In this document: in pieces, positions 10,866 through 21,038 of the stretch
Numbering within the stretch: the first letter of the stretch is position 1
How the letters are laid out: each line of letters opens with the position of its first letter
DNA from: Balneolaceae bacterium
GTDB taxonomy: Bacteria; Bacteroidota; Rhodothermia; Balneolales; Balneolaceae
DNA length: 64,000 nt
Assembly (NCBI GenBank): GCA_007134085.1
Contig: SLLL01000038.1
Location: 21,555-85,554, forward strand
Direction of reading: 5' to 3'
Translations under genes and position numbers: made by a program
Notes under the pieces: model-generated
What the model was told of the DNA's origin: nothing
What the model saw: the letters and a program-made list of their open reading frames with translations, nothing else
Database searches by the model: none

Positions 10866-12599
10866 ATGCCTGAAATTTTCATAGATGGCCACCGATACGA
10901 ATTTGAAGGTGAACACAAAGTATTACAGTTTATACAGGATCTTGGAAAAGAGGTACCTTTTTTCTGCTATCATCCATCGATGACAGCACCGGCTAACTGC
11001 AGGCAATGCATGGTAAAAGCAGGGCAATACATGAAAAGCCGTGAAACCGGCGAGTACGAAGTTGATGAAAATGGTGACCGCGTTATCCGGTGGTTCCCGA
11101 AGCTTCAGACATCCTGCAACCTGATGGCTGCTGATGGCATGGTTATTTTGACTCAGGAAACTGATGAGCAAGTAAAGCGCGCCCAAAAGGATAACCTCGA
11201 GTTAATTTTAATTAATCACCCGCTGGATTGCCCAATTTGTGACCAAGCCGGTGAGTGTCCACTTCAGATTCAAACCTACAAATACGGGCCGGAAGGAAGC
11301 CGTTTTGAGGTTAAGAAAGTACACAAACCAAAACGTGTTCAACTGGGGCCACGTGTAGTTCTTGATGCAGAACGTTGTATTAACTGCACACGCTGTACGA
11401 GGTTTACTCAAGAGATTAGCAAAACACATCAGCTTACAATTACATCAAGAGGTGATAAAAATTACCCGACAACAGCACCAGGCAGAGAGTTTGACGATCC
11501 TTATTCCCTGAATACTGTTGATATTTGTCCGGTAGGCGCGCTCACATCAGCTGATTTCCGTTTCAAAGCCAGAGTTTGGGAAATGAACCAGACACCAAGC
11601 ATTGATATCACAAACGGTAAAGGTACTAATATTGACCTCTGGACTCGGGACAATTTGATCCTTAGAGTTACTCCCCGCTTCAACTCAGAAGTAAACGACC
11701 ACTGGATGCCGGATGCCGGGCGTGAAGCTTACAAGATTTTCAATGAAAACAGAATTTCCAGGCCTCAGCAAAAGCTGGATGGCGAAAAAGTTCTCTCAAG
11801 TTGGAATAATGCAATTGCAACACTGGGCGAGCAAATTGAAGATACCGACAATGCCAAAATTGTGGTAATTGCCAGCCCACATGCATCTGTAGAAGAAAAC
11901 TATGCACTCTCTAAGTACACAAATTTATTAAGGTTAAACGCGCCGGTATTTACATCTCACATTGAAGAAGGCACCGGAGATGGCTTCTTATTAAGTGATG
12001 ATGTTGCACCGAATACCAATGGCTGCCGGTTACTCGGTTTTAAAGAGCTGGATAAATCCGCAATCAGCAAAGAAATTCAAAAAGCTGAGCTTGTTATCAT
12101 TTTGAATGATAATCTTGTTGATCGGTCTGTAGTATCAGCCGATCAACTTAAAGATAAGTTTGTGGCTGTTTTCGCAACCAATAATTCTGAGACAGCCGAA
12201 ATTGCTGATCTCGTAATTCCAATCACAACAGCTGCAGAACATGCGGCAAGCTATGTGAATGTTGATGGACGCATACAGAGAACTTACAGAGCGAAAGAGA
12301 CAAAATATACGAACCGAAGAATTGACCTTGAGATGTCTGAAGGCCGTTTAGACAGATACGGCACCAATTTTGACAACTGGGTTACCGAAGACAACAAAAT
12401 AGACTGTATGCCAATGTGGGAAATAGTTAATAATCTCGCAGATGCTGCCGGACTTGATATTAACTTTAAAGATGGCAGAGAAATTATGGATGAGATTGCT
12501 TCATCTGTAAGTAATTTCTCAGGTGTTAGCTTTGCTGCGATGGACGAGCAGGCTGGTATTCAGCTTTCGATTAAAAAAGAAACTTCAACGAGTAAATAA
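10866..12599 (+). CDS. nuoG: NADH-quinone oxidoreductase subunit G (short form)
   Basis: N1b (CYH..CRQC..SC), N5 (HPLDCPICDQAGECPLQ) and N4 (CINCTRC...CPVGAL) motifs. Confidence 0.93.
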   Translation: MPEIFIDGHRYEFEGEHKVLQFIQDLGKEVPFFCYHPSMTAPANCRQCMVKAGQYMKSRETGEYEVDENGDRVIRWFPKLQTSCNLMAADGMVILTQETDEQVKRAQKDNLELILINHPLDCPICDQAGECPLQIQTYKYGPEGSRFEVKKVHKPKRVQLGPRVVLDAERCINCTRCTRFTQEISKTHQLTITSRGDKNYPTTAPGREFDDPYSLNTVDICPVGALTSADFRFKARVWEMNQTPSIDITNGKGTNIDLWTRDNLILRVTPRFNSEVNDHWMPDAGREAYKIFNENRISRPQQKLDGEKVLSSWNNAIATLGEQIEDTDNAKIVVIASPHASVEENYALSKYTNLLRLNAPVFTSHIEEGTGDGFLLSDDVAPNTNGCRLLGFKELDKSAISKEIQKAELVIILNDNLVDRSVVSADQLKDKFVAVFATNNSETAEIADLVIPITTAAEHAASYVNVDGRIQRTYRAKETKYTNRRIDLEMSEGRLDRYGTNFDNWVTEDNKIDCMPMWEIVNNLADAAGLDINFKDGREIMDEIASSVSNFSGVSFAAMDEQAGIQLSIKKETSTSK

Positions 12600-12611
12600 C
12601 CAATAAAGGGG

Positions 12612-13613
12612 ATGGCAGAAGTAACCGCTACATCATACATCGTTTTAGGCACAGCACTATTTATGCTGCTAAATTCCGCAGCGATAACTGTATATGCCGA
12701 AAGACGAGTGGCTGCATTTATACAAAACAGAGTAGGCCCAAACAGAGTAGGCCCATTAGGTTTACTTCAGCCAATTGCTGATGTTGTAAAACTGCTTTTA
12801 AAAGAAGATGTAACACCAACGCAAGGAAACCGATTTTTACACACACTTGCACCCGTTATACCCGTTGTAACAGCCCTAATGACGGTAGCCGTAATCCCCT
12901 TTGGAGATGGCTTATATGCTACAGATATCAATGCAGGAGTTCTGTACCTGCTCGCAGTGGCCTCGCTTAGTGTATATGGAGTTACCTTGGCGGGATGGGC
13001 ATCAAACAGCAAATACTCACTGCTTGGTGGTTTAAGAGCTGCCGCCCAAATGATTAGCTACGAGCTTCCTCTGGGTATGGCTGTGGCTTCTGTAGTGATT
13101 TTTGTTGGCTCTCTGAGTGTAGTAGATATTGCACTGGCACAGGAAACATGGTGGTTTGTATTTCTAAACCCAATAGGGGCAATTATTTTCATTATAGCGG
13201 CATTTGCAGAGAGCAACCGTACTCCCTTCGATCTTGTTGAAGCTGAACAGGAACTTGTCGGTGGTTTCCACACTGAATACAGCTCCATGAAATTTGGGAT
13301 GTTTTTCCTTGCGGAGTATATGCACGTTGTGATCAACTCAATGCTGATGGTAACTTTTTTCTTCGGAAGTTATCACCTGCCTTTTGCGGGTTACTGGCTA
13401 CCGGAACTCTCTCCTTTAGTTAAAGGAATTTTGGACGTTAGTGTATTTGTGGGTAAAACAGCTTTCTTCGTTTTCCTCTTTATCTGGGTTCGGTGGACCA
13501 TCCCAAGATTCAAATTCAATCAGGTTATGAAGCTAGGCTGGTCTAAATTGCTTCCGCTAAGCATCATCAACTTTATTGTTATAGCTGCGATTCTTTACTT
13601 CATCGTAGGCTAA
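12612..13613 (+). CDS. nuoH: NADH-quinone oxidoreductase subunit H
   Basis: ERRVAAFIQNRVGPN, QPIADVVKLLLKED, AESNRTPFDL.EAEQELV.GF.TEYS. Confidence 0.97.
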   Translation: MAEVTATSYIVLGTALFMLLNSAAITVYAERRVAAFIQNRVGPNRVGPLGLLQPIADVVKLLLKEDVTPTQGNRFLHTLAPVIPVVTALMTVAVIPFGDGLYATDINAGVLYLLAVASLSVYGVTLAGWASNSKYSLLGGLRAAAQMISYELPLGMAVASVVIFVGSLSVVDIALAQETWWFVFLNPIGAIIFIIAAFAESNRTPFDLVEAEQELVGGFHTEYSSMKFGMFFLAEYMHVVINSMLMVTFFFGSYHLPFAGYWLPELSPLVKGILDVSVFVGKTAFFVFLFIWVRWTIPRFKFNQVMKLGWSKLLPLSIINFIVIAAILYFIVG

Positions 13614-13637
13614 ATTGTATGTCGAAGCCGAAATTCT

Positions 13638-13672
13638 AAAAGCTCTGTTCTAACCAATCAGAGCTTTTTTTT
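13638..13672. terminator. Bidirectional terminator closing the nuoA-H operon
   Basis: AAAAGCTCTG-ttctaaccaat-CAGAGCTTTT with A and T tracts on either side, between convergent genes. Confidence 0.85.
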
Positions 13673-14321
13673 ATGAAACATCCCAGAGGGGCTTGCCAAG
13701 AAAAGAAGAGAGTTGCTGAGCATCCTCTTTAAGGATTCTACCGTTGCCATGATCCACTATGTTTACTCTCGTGCCGTTTCTAAGTACAAGATTCAATTCA
13801 TAACTGTAGTAGGAGCTTTTATCACTTCTAACAAACTCTTTGATAAGCTGAAGTGCATAGATTTCACTCAGTGGTACTACATTATTTGTTGCAACTCGGG
13901 CAGTAGTGTGATCCGGTTTTTTCCATCCTTTCCAGTAGAATCCTTTCATTTTGTTAAACACAATTGGACGGCCGTAGAAATAATACATAAACCCTCCTAC
14001 AGCTACAAATATAGAACCAAACCCAATCAACATCAGTGTTTCTTGTATGGTGTTTAACTCTCCTGAATAGATAAAAATTGCAGGCATACCTGCACCAACC
14101 AGCATAAACAAATAAGCAAAAACCTTGGAACCAACCGACATTTTAAATTCGGCTCTGTTGAAGCCATCACTATAGAATTTGTGTGTTTTAAAATTGGTTC
14201 CACCACGTTTAGCAGGTTCCCAACTTATGGTGTTTGCAATAGGATCGTTAAACTGTGAAATATTTAGCTGTACGGGTGGTGTTGCTAGAGATCCTGCAAA
14301 TTTTTTAAGCTTTTTCAGCAT
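13671..14321 (-). CDS. Hypothetical two-TM membrane protein
   Basis: 216-aa ORF with two hydrophobic segments between soluble regions. No family recognised. Confidence 0.75.
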   Translation of the reverse strand: MLKKLKKFAGSLATPPVQLNISQFNDPIANTISWEPAKRGGTNFKTHKFYSDGFNRAEFKMSVGSKVFAYLFMLVGAGMPAIFIYSGELNTIQETLMLIGFGSIFVAVGGFMYYFYGRPIVFNKMKGFYWKGWKKPDHTTARVATNNVVPLSEIYALQLIKEFVRSDKSSYYSYELNLVLRNGTRVNIVDHGNGRILKEDAQQLSSFLGKPLWDVS

Positions 14322-14405
14322 GATTTTAAGGGAAAGAGTTACAGGTTAGATCTCCGAATATAGGTTTTTTTCAGAAATCTAAAATCAAGCTGAAAAGAAT
14401 TTTGC

Positions 14406-16817
14406 TCACCAGGGGTACTTAGCCGGGGCAGCCTCATGCATCATTTCGTAGATTTTTTCTATGATGTCTTCCTTTCCGGGTTTTGAAAAGTAATCTCCAT
14501 CAGATGCGTATGCGGGCCGGTGAGCATTTGCAGTTAAGCACTCCGCTTTGCTGTCGAGATAGTGATATCCGCCGTGTTCATCAAGAATAGTTTGCATCAT
14601 ATAAGCCGTAGCACCGCCCGGAACATCTTCATCCACAAACAAAACTCTGTTTGTTTTTTTGATGGAGTTTAAAATCACTTTATTCAGGTCGAAAGGAAGA
14701 AGTGTTCTCACATCAATCAATTCAACAGAAATGTTCAGCTCATCAAAATCAGGCAGCAGGCTTTCGATAATATTCAATGTAGAGCCGTAAGACACTACAG
14801 TAATATCGGTTCCTTCTTTCAGGATTTTTGGAACTCCCAGAGGAACAGTGAATTCACCAAGATTTACCGGCATTTTTTCTTTGAGCCTGTAAGCATTCAA
14901 TGGCTCAATAACCAGTGCGGGATCATCTCCCTGCATCAATGTGTTATAAAAACCTGCGGCATCCGTGAGGTTTCTGGGCACACAAACATGCATACCACGC
15001 AACCCATGAACAATCATACCCATTGGTGAGCCAGCGTGCCAGATCCCCTCAAGGCGATGGCCGCGCGTTCTTACAATAAGTGGATATGCCTGCCCGCCTT
15101 TCGTTCGGTAGCGTACTGTAGCCACATCATCACTCAACCCCTGAAAACAATAAAGTAAATAGTCGAGATACTGAATTTCTGCGATTGGACGCAAACCACG
15201 TAAAGACAAGCCTATCCCCTGCCCGAGTATTGTAGCTTCTCGTATACCTGCGTCATTTACACGTATTTTCCCATATTTTCCCTGCATGCCTTCAAGGCCA
15301 AGGTTTACGTCTCCAAGTTTCCCTACGTCTTCACCAAAAACCATGGTGTTAGGGTATTTTGTGAACAGGGCATCAAAATTGTTTCTGAGAACAACACGCC
15401 CGTCAGCTATTTTGGAGGACTCATCATAAACAGGTTCTGTCTCTTTTACATGTAGCGGTGAATTGGGGGTTTCACTGTACAGATGTGATTGATATAGTTC
15501 TCTGTTTTTATCTGTTTGATCTTTGATCCACTCTTGCAATGCTTCTTTTGCGGGTGAGCTCACACCTCTGAGATGCATCGCCGAGCGTCTAACCCTGGCC
15601 ATTATATCACGTCGGATCAGCTTAGTTTTACTTGACAGAGAGGTACGCAGTTCCTGCACTTTTTTAATGTCAGGGTGGGCTTTAATACAATCATCAAGAA
15701 GGCCAACAGCCTGCTTTTTCAACCTGAGAATTGGTTCCTGAAACTTTCTCCACGCTTTTTTCTGCTCTTCATATACTTTGGCTTTAGCTTCTTTTTCAAT
15801 AGCTAAAAGCTCTTCCTCAGTCGCAATTTCTTCTTTGATAATCCACTCTCTGAACTGGGTGATACAGCAATACTCACTCTCCCACTCAAGGCGTTCATCA
15901 TCCTTATAACGCTCATGAGAACCGGAGGTTGAGTGCCCAAGCGGCTGTGTAACTTCCTCAACGTGTACCAACACCGGCACATGTTCATCCCTGGCTATGG
16001 CGGCTGCCTCATTGTAAACTTCAATTAAGCCTTCATAATCCCAGGCATTCACTGTAAAAATTTCGAACCCGGTTTCTTTTTTTGTACGCTTGAAGCCTCG
16101 AAGTGCCTTTGATATACTCTCTTTTATGGTCTGATATTTTTTTGCAACAGAAATTCCATAGCCATCATCCCAAACAGAGATGATCATTGGAACCTGCATC
16201 ACGCCGGCTGCATTCAGAGTTTCCCAAAACAACCCTTCCGAAGTACTTGCATCACCGATGGTTCCCCAGGCTATTTCATTGCCGTTATCAGAGAACGTTT
16301 TCATCTCTTTAACGGCATCGCAATTGCGGTACACTTTCGATGCCTGAGCAAGGCCAAGCAGCCTCGGCATTTGACCCGCAGTGGGCGACATATCAGCAGA
16401 GGTATTTTTGCTCTGTGTTTGATCAATCCAGGTGCCATCATTGTTCACCAACCGCGTGGCAAAATGCGAGTTCATCTGGCGGCCGGCAGAGTTTGGGTCC
16501 TCATTAACATCAGGATTGGCATACACCTGAGCAAAAAATTCAGCAATGGTTAACTCACCAATTGCCATCATAAAGGTTTGATCTCTGTAATAACCAGATC
16601 TGAAATCCCCCTTTTTAAAGAATTTTGCCATTACAATCTGTGGCAGCTCTTTCCCGTCACCAAATATTCCAAACTTAGCTTTACCTGTAAGAACTTCTTT
16701 TCTGCCAAGGCGCGACATCTCTCTGCTAACACGTGCAAGCCGATAATCCTTAAGGACTTCTTCTATGTGTTGCTTTGAGTATTCTGTTTGCGTCGCTTCC
16801 TTGGATGCCATAAACAT
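14406..16817 (-). CDS. Fused 2-oxoacid (probably branched-chain) dehydrogenase E1 alpha+beta
   Basis: TPP-binding GDASTSEG...N and HSTSG in the alpha half. FGEDVG, IRE, EIQYLDY and ELIDVRTL in the beta half. 803 aa. Confidence 0.92.
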   Translation of the reverse strand: MFMASKEATQTEYSKQHIEEVLKDYRLARVSREMSRLGRKEVLTGKAKFGIFGDGKELPQIVMAKFFKKGDFRSGYYRDQTFMMAIGELTIAEFFAQVYANPDVNEDPNSAGRQMNSHFATRLVNNDGTWIDQTQSKNTSADMSPTAGQMPRLLGLAQASKVYRNCDAVKEMKTFSDNGNEIAWGTIGDASTSEGLFWETLNAAGVMQVPMIISVWDDGYGISVAKKYQTIKESISKALRGFKRTKKETGFEIFTVNAWDYEGLIEVYNEAAAIARDEHVPVLVHVEEVTQPLGHSTSGSHERYKDDERLEWESEYCCITQFREWIIKEEIATEEELLAIEKEAKAKVYEEQKKAWRKFQEPILRLKKQAVGLLDDCIKAHPDIKKVQELRTSLSSKTKLIRRDIMARVRRSAMHLRGVSSPAKEALQEWIKDQTDKNRELYQSHLYSETPNSPLHVKETEPVYDESSKIADGRVVLRNNFDALFTKYPNTMVFGEDVGKLGDVNLGLEGMQGKYGKIRVNDAGIREATILGQGIGLSLRGLRPIAEIQYLDYLLYCFQGLSDDVATVRYRTKGGQAYPLIVRTRGHRLEGIWHAGSPMGMIVHGLRGMHVCVPRNLTDAAGFYNTLMQGDDPALVIEPLNAYRLKEKMPVNLGEFTVPLGVPKILKEGTDITVVSYGSTLNIIESLLPDFDELNISVELIDVRTLLPFDLNKVILNSIKKTNRVLFVDEDVPGGATAYMMQTILDEHGGYHYLDSKAECLTANAHRPAYASDGDYFSKPGKEDIIEKIYEMMHEAAPAKYPW

Positions 16818-16981
16818 ATTTCTAAAAAATTCTTAAACAGTTTAAACAGGTATCACCATTAAATGGCGCAGTTATAATAACAGGAACTGTTCCTATTTAC
16901 AAAACAGATTATTCCCGTTTTGCCTAAATAAGGCAGAGCAAATTGTAATGTTTAGTTGAAGGGGGATTTCTGATTGATTAT

Positions 16982-18373
16982 TTACTCAGTAAATCCACCT
17001 TTGGTCATGTTCATCGGATTCAGAGCATTGCTAAGCTCCTCGTCAGAGAGGTCTGTCATTTCTTTGGCAACATCCATAACTGCTCTGTTTTCAGCAAATG
17101 CAGTTTTGGCAATTTTCGCTGCTTTGTCATATCCAATAAGTGGGTTGAGTGCAGTTACGAGAATTGGGTTTCGCCCAACCATATCTGCAATAACTTCTTC
17201 TCTCGCAATGAGTCCGCTTACAGATTTGTCTGCAAAGGTACGGGCTGCGTTTGCAAGTATTTCTATCGATTGAAGCAGGTTATGCGCTACAACCGGCAAC
17301 ATAACATTCAATTCAAAATTACTTGATTGCCCTGCAATTGTAATTGTAGCATCATTACCTATAACCTGGGCACAAACCATTGTGAGCGATTCCTCAATAA
17401 CCGGGTTTACTTTTCCGGGCATAATTGAAGAACCGGGTTGAAGAGCCATGAGTTGAACCTCGCCAAGCCCACTATTAGGCCCGGAATTCATCCACCTGAA
17501 ATCGTTACCGATTTTCATCAGTGATACTGCAAGTGTTTTCAGCTGGCCTGATAACTCAACCGGGGCATCAACTGTAGCCTGTGCTTCAAAATGGTTTTCT
17601 GCTTCAATAAATTTTTCGCCGGTAGATTTCGATACATCTTCCGCGAAAAGTTTTCCAAAATCTTTATGGGTATTAATTCCAGTGCCCACAGCCGTACCGC
17701 CCTGAGGAAGCTCTCTCATCCGCACCAGAGCTGATTCAATTCGTTCAATTGCGAGCTCTAATTGGCGGGCATAACCGCTGAACTCCTGCTGAATGGTTAC
17801 CGGCATTGCATCCATCAAATGCGTACGGCCTGTCTTAACCACATGCTTCAGTTCATCCCCTTTTTCTGTGATGGTCTTGTGCAGATGCTTAAGTGCAGGA
17901 ATCAAATGATTCTTTACAGAAAGAACTGCTGAAATCCGGATAGCAGTTGGGATTACATCATTCGAGCTTTGCCCGAAGTTTACATGATCGTTCGGGTGAA
18001 TGTTTACATCTGTACCTGATTTTATTTCGTTAGCGCGTTTTGAAATAATTTCGTTGGCATTCATATTGGTTGATGTACCTGAACCTGTCTGGAAAATGTC
18101 CAGTACAAAGTCATCATCAAACTTATTTTCTACCACTTCTGCAGAAGCTTTTTCAATTGCCTCTGCTACTTTTTTGTCTAAAAGGCCGAGATCTGCATTT
18201 ACTCTTGCAGCGGCATGCTTTACCTGCCCTACTGCCGAAATAAATACGGGGCTAAATCCTATTCCACTGATTTTAAAGTTTTCGAATGCTCTCTGAGTTT
18301 GGGCTCCATAGTATGCATTAGCGGGCACTTTAACTTCGCCCATTGAATCTTTTTCTATGCGAAAATCTGCCAT
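16982..18373 (-). CDS. fumC: Class II fumarate hydratase
   Basis: RIEKDSMGEV, QTGSGTSTNMN, GRTHLMDA, GSSIMPGKVNP. Confidence 0.93.
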   Translation of the reverse strand: MADFRIEKDSMGEVKVPANAYYGAQTQRAFENFKISGIGFSPVFISAVGQVKHAAARVNADLGLLDKKVAEAIEKASAEVVENKFDDDFVLDIFQTGSGTSTNMNANEIISKRANEIKSGTDVNIHPNDHVNFGQSSNDVIPTAIRISAVLSVKNHLIPALKHLHKTITEKGDELKHVVKTGRTHLMDAMPVTIQQEFSGYARQLELAIERIESALVRMRELPQGGTAVGTGINTHKDFGKLFAEDVSKSTGEKFIEAENHFEAQATVDAPVELSGQLKTLAVSLMKIGNDFRWMNSGPNSGLGEVQLMALQPGSSIMPGKVNPVIEESLTMVCAQVIGNDATITIAGQSSNFELNVMLPVVAHNLLQSIEILANAARTFADKSVSGLIAREEVIADMVGRNPILVTALNPLIGYDKAAKIAKTAFAENRAVMDVAKEMTDLSDEELSNALNPMNMTKGGFTE

Positions 18374-18574
18374 GATATTGTTTCTCCTTTGTTAGTTTTA
18401 CGTCATTATAAGGTAGGCTTTTTCTCGCAGATTTTGAAGAAAAACAAGGTAAATAGACGTTATAAATACCGTATTTAAAGACGGAAAATCCTAACGATTT
18501 TATTAGTAATTACAAATACGATGAGGCAATAAATTCGCTAAGGTGTACAGCTGATTTAAAAGATGTGATTTGCG

Positions 18575-19708
18575 CTACAGATTCTTGCTGTACATTCGGT
18601 AACGCTTATCGATAGTGCCGCCAATTTTCTCAGCAACCCTTAACATTTGGATATTATTTTCGAGAATCCAGCCAACTTCTGAGGAATAAAAATTCTTTTT
18701 AAGGCCGTTTTCTATTGCCTCTCTGTGCAGAAGAACATCAATACCCCTACCCTGATACTCAGGTATAACGCCCATGAGCGCAGTTCTGATTTTGTTGATT
18801 TTTCTCTTATTCCACAAAATTTTAAAGATCCCAAATGGCAGCAACCTCCCATTCATCTTTCTGAAAATCTGGTTGAAATCGGGCAGGGCTACCGAAAAAC
18901 CAACCGGTTTACCATCTATCTCCGCAATGTGAGCAAAATCATCATCTACAATAGTTTTTAGGTCTGCGGCAAGTGCATCGAACTCTTCAGTACTTAGCGG
19001 AATAAAACCCCAGTTATTTTTCCAGGCGCTGTTAAAAATCTCACGGATTATGGTTACTTCTTCCCTGATTTTCTTCAGTTTAATCTTGCGAATAGTAATA
19101 CCGGGCAGCCTTTTCTTTACAATCTCCATTGCGCGGTTAGCACGGCCTCTGTCAACAGAGTCCTGAGTAACAAGATACGTGAGAAGATCCATCTCTTTTT
19201 TATACCCGGCTTCGATCACCAGCTTATCGTAGTATGGCTTATTATAGGGCATTAGTATAGATGGATACTTATCGAAGCCCTCAACCAAAATCCCGATTTC
19301 ATCCATCATACCGGGGTTTGCCGGGCCAAGTACCTGTTCCATGCCTTTTTCGCGCAGCCAACCTTCTGCTACTTTAAAAAGCAGGTTTGATGTTTCGGGT
19401 TTATCAATCGATTCAAAAAAACCAAAAAAGCCGGTTTTAGTATTGTGAAACCGATTGTAGCGGTGATCAATAATTGCAGCAATTCTGCCGGCCGGTTTGT
19501 TATTCAGAGTGGCATAAAAAAATGCGATATCTGCATTATTGAAGAAGGGATTCTTTTCTGTACTCTGGAGCTTTTTTTGCTCAATCAAAAGAGGGGCTAC
19601 CCAAAACTCATCATCTTTATAATGATTGTAGGGAAAATGCAGAAAATTCTTTTTTTCCTCTTTTGTGGTAACAAATGTTACCTGATGAGTGTCAGGCCTC
19701 TTCTTCAC
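18575..19708 (-). CDS. GNAT-fold YghO-like protein; probable bacterial ceramide synthase (bCerS)
   Basis: F...P...Y.DD..WV.PL, GRIAAIID, GFFGFFES, GP.NP, G.LVEGF....MPYN..YY and E.GWILENN pattern. Starts 2 bp after the spt stop codon. Confidence 0.75.
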   Translation of the reverse strand: MKKRPDTHQVTFVTTKEEKKNFLHFPYNHYKDDEFWVAPLLIEQKKLQSTEKNPFFNNADIAFFYATLNNKPAGRIAAIIDHRYNRFHNTKTGFFGFFESIDKPETSNLLFKVAEGWLREKGMEQVLGPANPGMMDEIGILVEGFDKYPSILMPYNKPYYDKLVIEAGYKKEMDLLTYLVTQDSVDRGRANRAMEIVKKRLPGITIRKIKLKKIREEVTIIREIFNSAWKNNWGFIPLSTEEFDALAADLKTIVDDDFAHIAEIDGKPVGFSVALPDFNQIFRKMNGRLLPFGIFKILWNKRKINKIRTALMGVIPEYQGRGIDVLLHREAIENGLKKNFYSSEVGWILENNIQMLRVAEKIGGTIDKRYRMYSKNL

Positions 19709-19710
19709 GG

Positions 19711-20955
19711 TTAATCCGCTTCAATAAGTGACTGGCCATTCTCGTCTATAATGCCGTGCTTAATGCCAACCTTCCTAAAGGCATCAAGAATCTTGTTGAG
19801 ATGTTCATCAGTATGGGTGGCCATATAACTTGTTCTAACCAGTGCCTGGCCCTGTGGTACAGCAGGAGGAACAACAGCATTCACGTAAACACCCTCTTCA
19901 AACAGGTCTTTCCAGAATTGAAAACATCTCATCATATCCCCTACAACCACGGGAATAATCGGGGTTTGGCTGGACCATACATTAAATCCAAGATTACGCA
20001 GCTCAGTGCGCATATAGTTAGAAATTTCTTCGAGCCTCTCAAGCCTCCAGGGCTCTTCCTGTAGTATTTCGAGTGATTTCAAAACAGTGGCAACATTTGC
20101 GGGTGGCATACTCGCACTAAAAATGTGTGCGGGTGACTGATGCCTAATGAAATCAATAACCGTTTTATCACCTACTAAAAAACCACCAAGTGATGCGAAA
20201 GATTTTGAAAAGGTACCACTGATAAGGTCAACTTCGTCCATAAGGCCAAAAACGGATGCAGATCCACGGCCGCCATCGCCAACTACGCCAATTGCATGTG
20301 CATCATCAAGATAGAGGCCCGCATCAAACTCTTTTGCTAGCTTTACAAGTTCGGGCACTTTAGCAAGTGTACCGGACATTGAGAACACGCCATCTGTAAC
20401 TATAATTTTACCTGCATCGGGATCAGCCTTTTCAAGGTATGATCTCAGCTGCTCCATATCGTTATGGCGGTAACGAATTGTTTTTGCATTCGATACCTGT
20501 GTACCTACCACAATACATGCATGGTTGTCTCTGTCAGAAAAAATAAGATCGTTTCTGCCGGCTATTACCTGTATTGAACCTTCATTGGTTTGGTAACCGG
20601 TACTAAAAAGAACACACGCTTCTTTGCGCATGAAAGTGGCTAATTTTTCCTCAAGTTCAAGATGAAGATCTAACGTGCCGTTTAAATATCGTGAGCCGGT
20701 ACAGCCTGTGCCGTAAACATCAATTACACTTTTTGCGGCTTCAATGGTTCTTGGATCATTTGTAAGCCCGAGGTAATTATTCGAGCCGGCCATGATTACA
20801 TCTCTTCCTTCAATGTTTACACTTGTGCCGTCTGTAGCCTGCAGAGGTTTAAAATAGGGGTATAATCCAAGCTTTTTTATCTCCTCTGCGATGGTAAAGT
20901 CGTAAGCCTTTTTAAATACTTTACTGTAAGAGGGATCGGCTTTAGTTTCGGCCAT
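19711..20955 (-). CDS. spt: Serine palmitoyltransferase (alpha-oxoamine synthase family)
   Basis: GLYPYF, GSNNYLGLT, GTGCTGSRYLNGT, DNHACI, DDAH, GTFSKSF (PLP lysine) and IFSAS. This pattern fits SPT better than BioF or Kbl, and the neighbouring gene is bCerS-like. Confidence 0.85.
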   Translation of the reverse strand: MAETKADPSYSKVFKKAYDFTIAEEIKKLGLYPYFKPLQATDGTSVNIEGRDVIMAGSNNYLGLTNDPRTIEAAKSVIDVYGTGCTGSRYLNGTLDLHLELEEKLATFMRKEACVLFSTGYQTNEGSIQVIAGRNDLIFSDRDNHACIVVGTQVSNAKTIRYRHNDMEQLRSYLEKADPDAGKIIVTDGVFSMSGTLAKVPELVKLAKEFDAGLYLDDAHAIGVVGDGGRGSASVFGLMDEVDLISGTFSKSFASLGGFLVGDKTVIDFIRHQSPAHIFSASMPPANVATVLKSLEILQEEPWRLERLEEISNYMRTELRNLGFNVWSSQTPIIPVVVGDMMRCFQFWKDLFEEGVYVNAVVPPAVPQGQALVRTSYMATHTDEHLNKILDAFRKVGIKHGIIDENGQSLIEAD

Positions 20956-21038
20956 TATTAAAGGTAGTTGTATTCACATTAAACAGGTAAATATACCGAG
21001 ATATCTAATTCAATCAAATTCAGAACGTAACAAACCGC

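Noticed and set aside
18463-18477. TAAATAC-C-GTATTTA palindrome upstream of fumC
   Set aside because: A single AT-rich occurrence with no match to a regulator consensus I can name; could be chance or part of a terminator.
19711-20955. BioF (8-amino-7-oxononanoate synthase) or Kbl call
   Set aside because: No biotin or tdh genes nearby. The YPYF, GCTGSRYLNG and IFSAS motifs and the coupled bCerS-like gene favour SPT; formal confirmation needs phylogeny or an assay.
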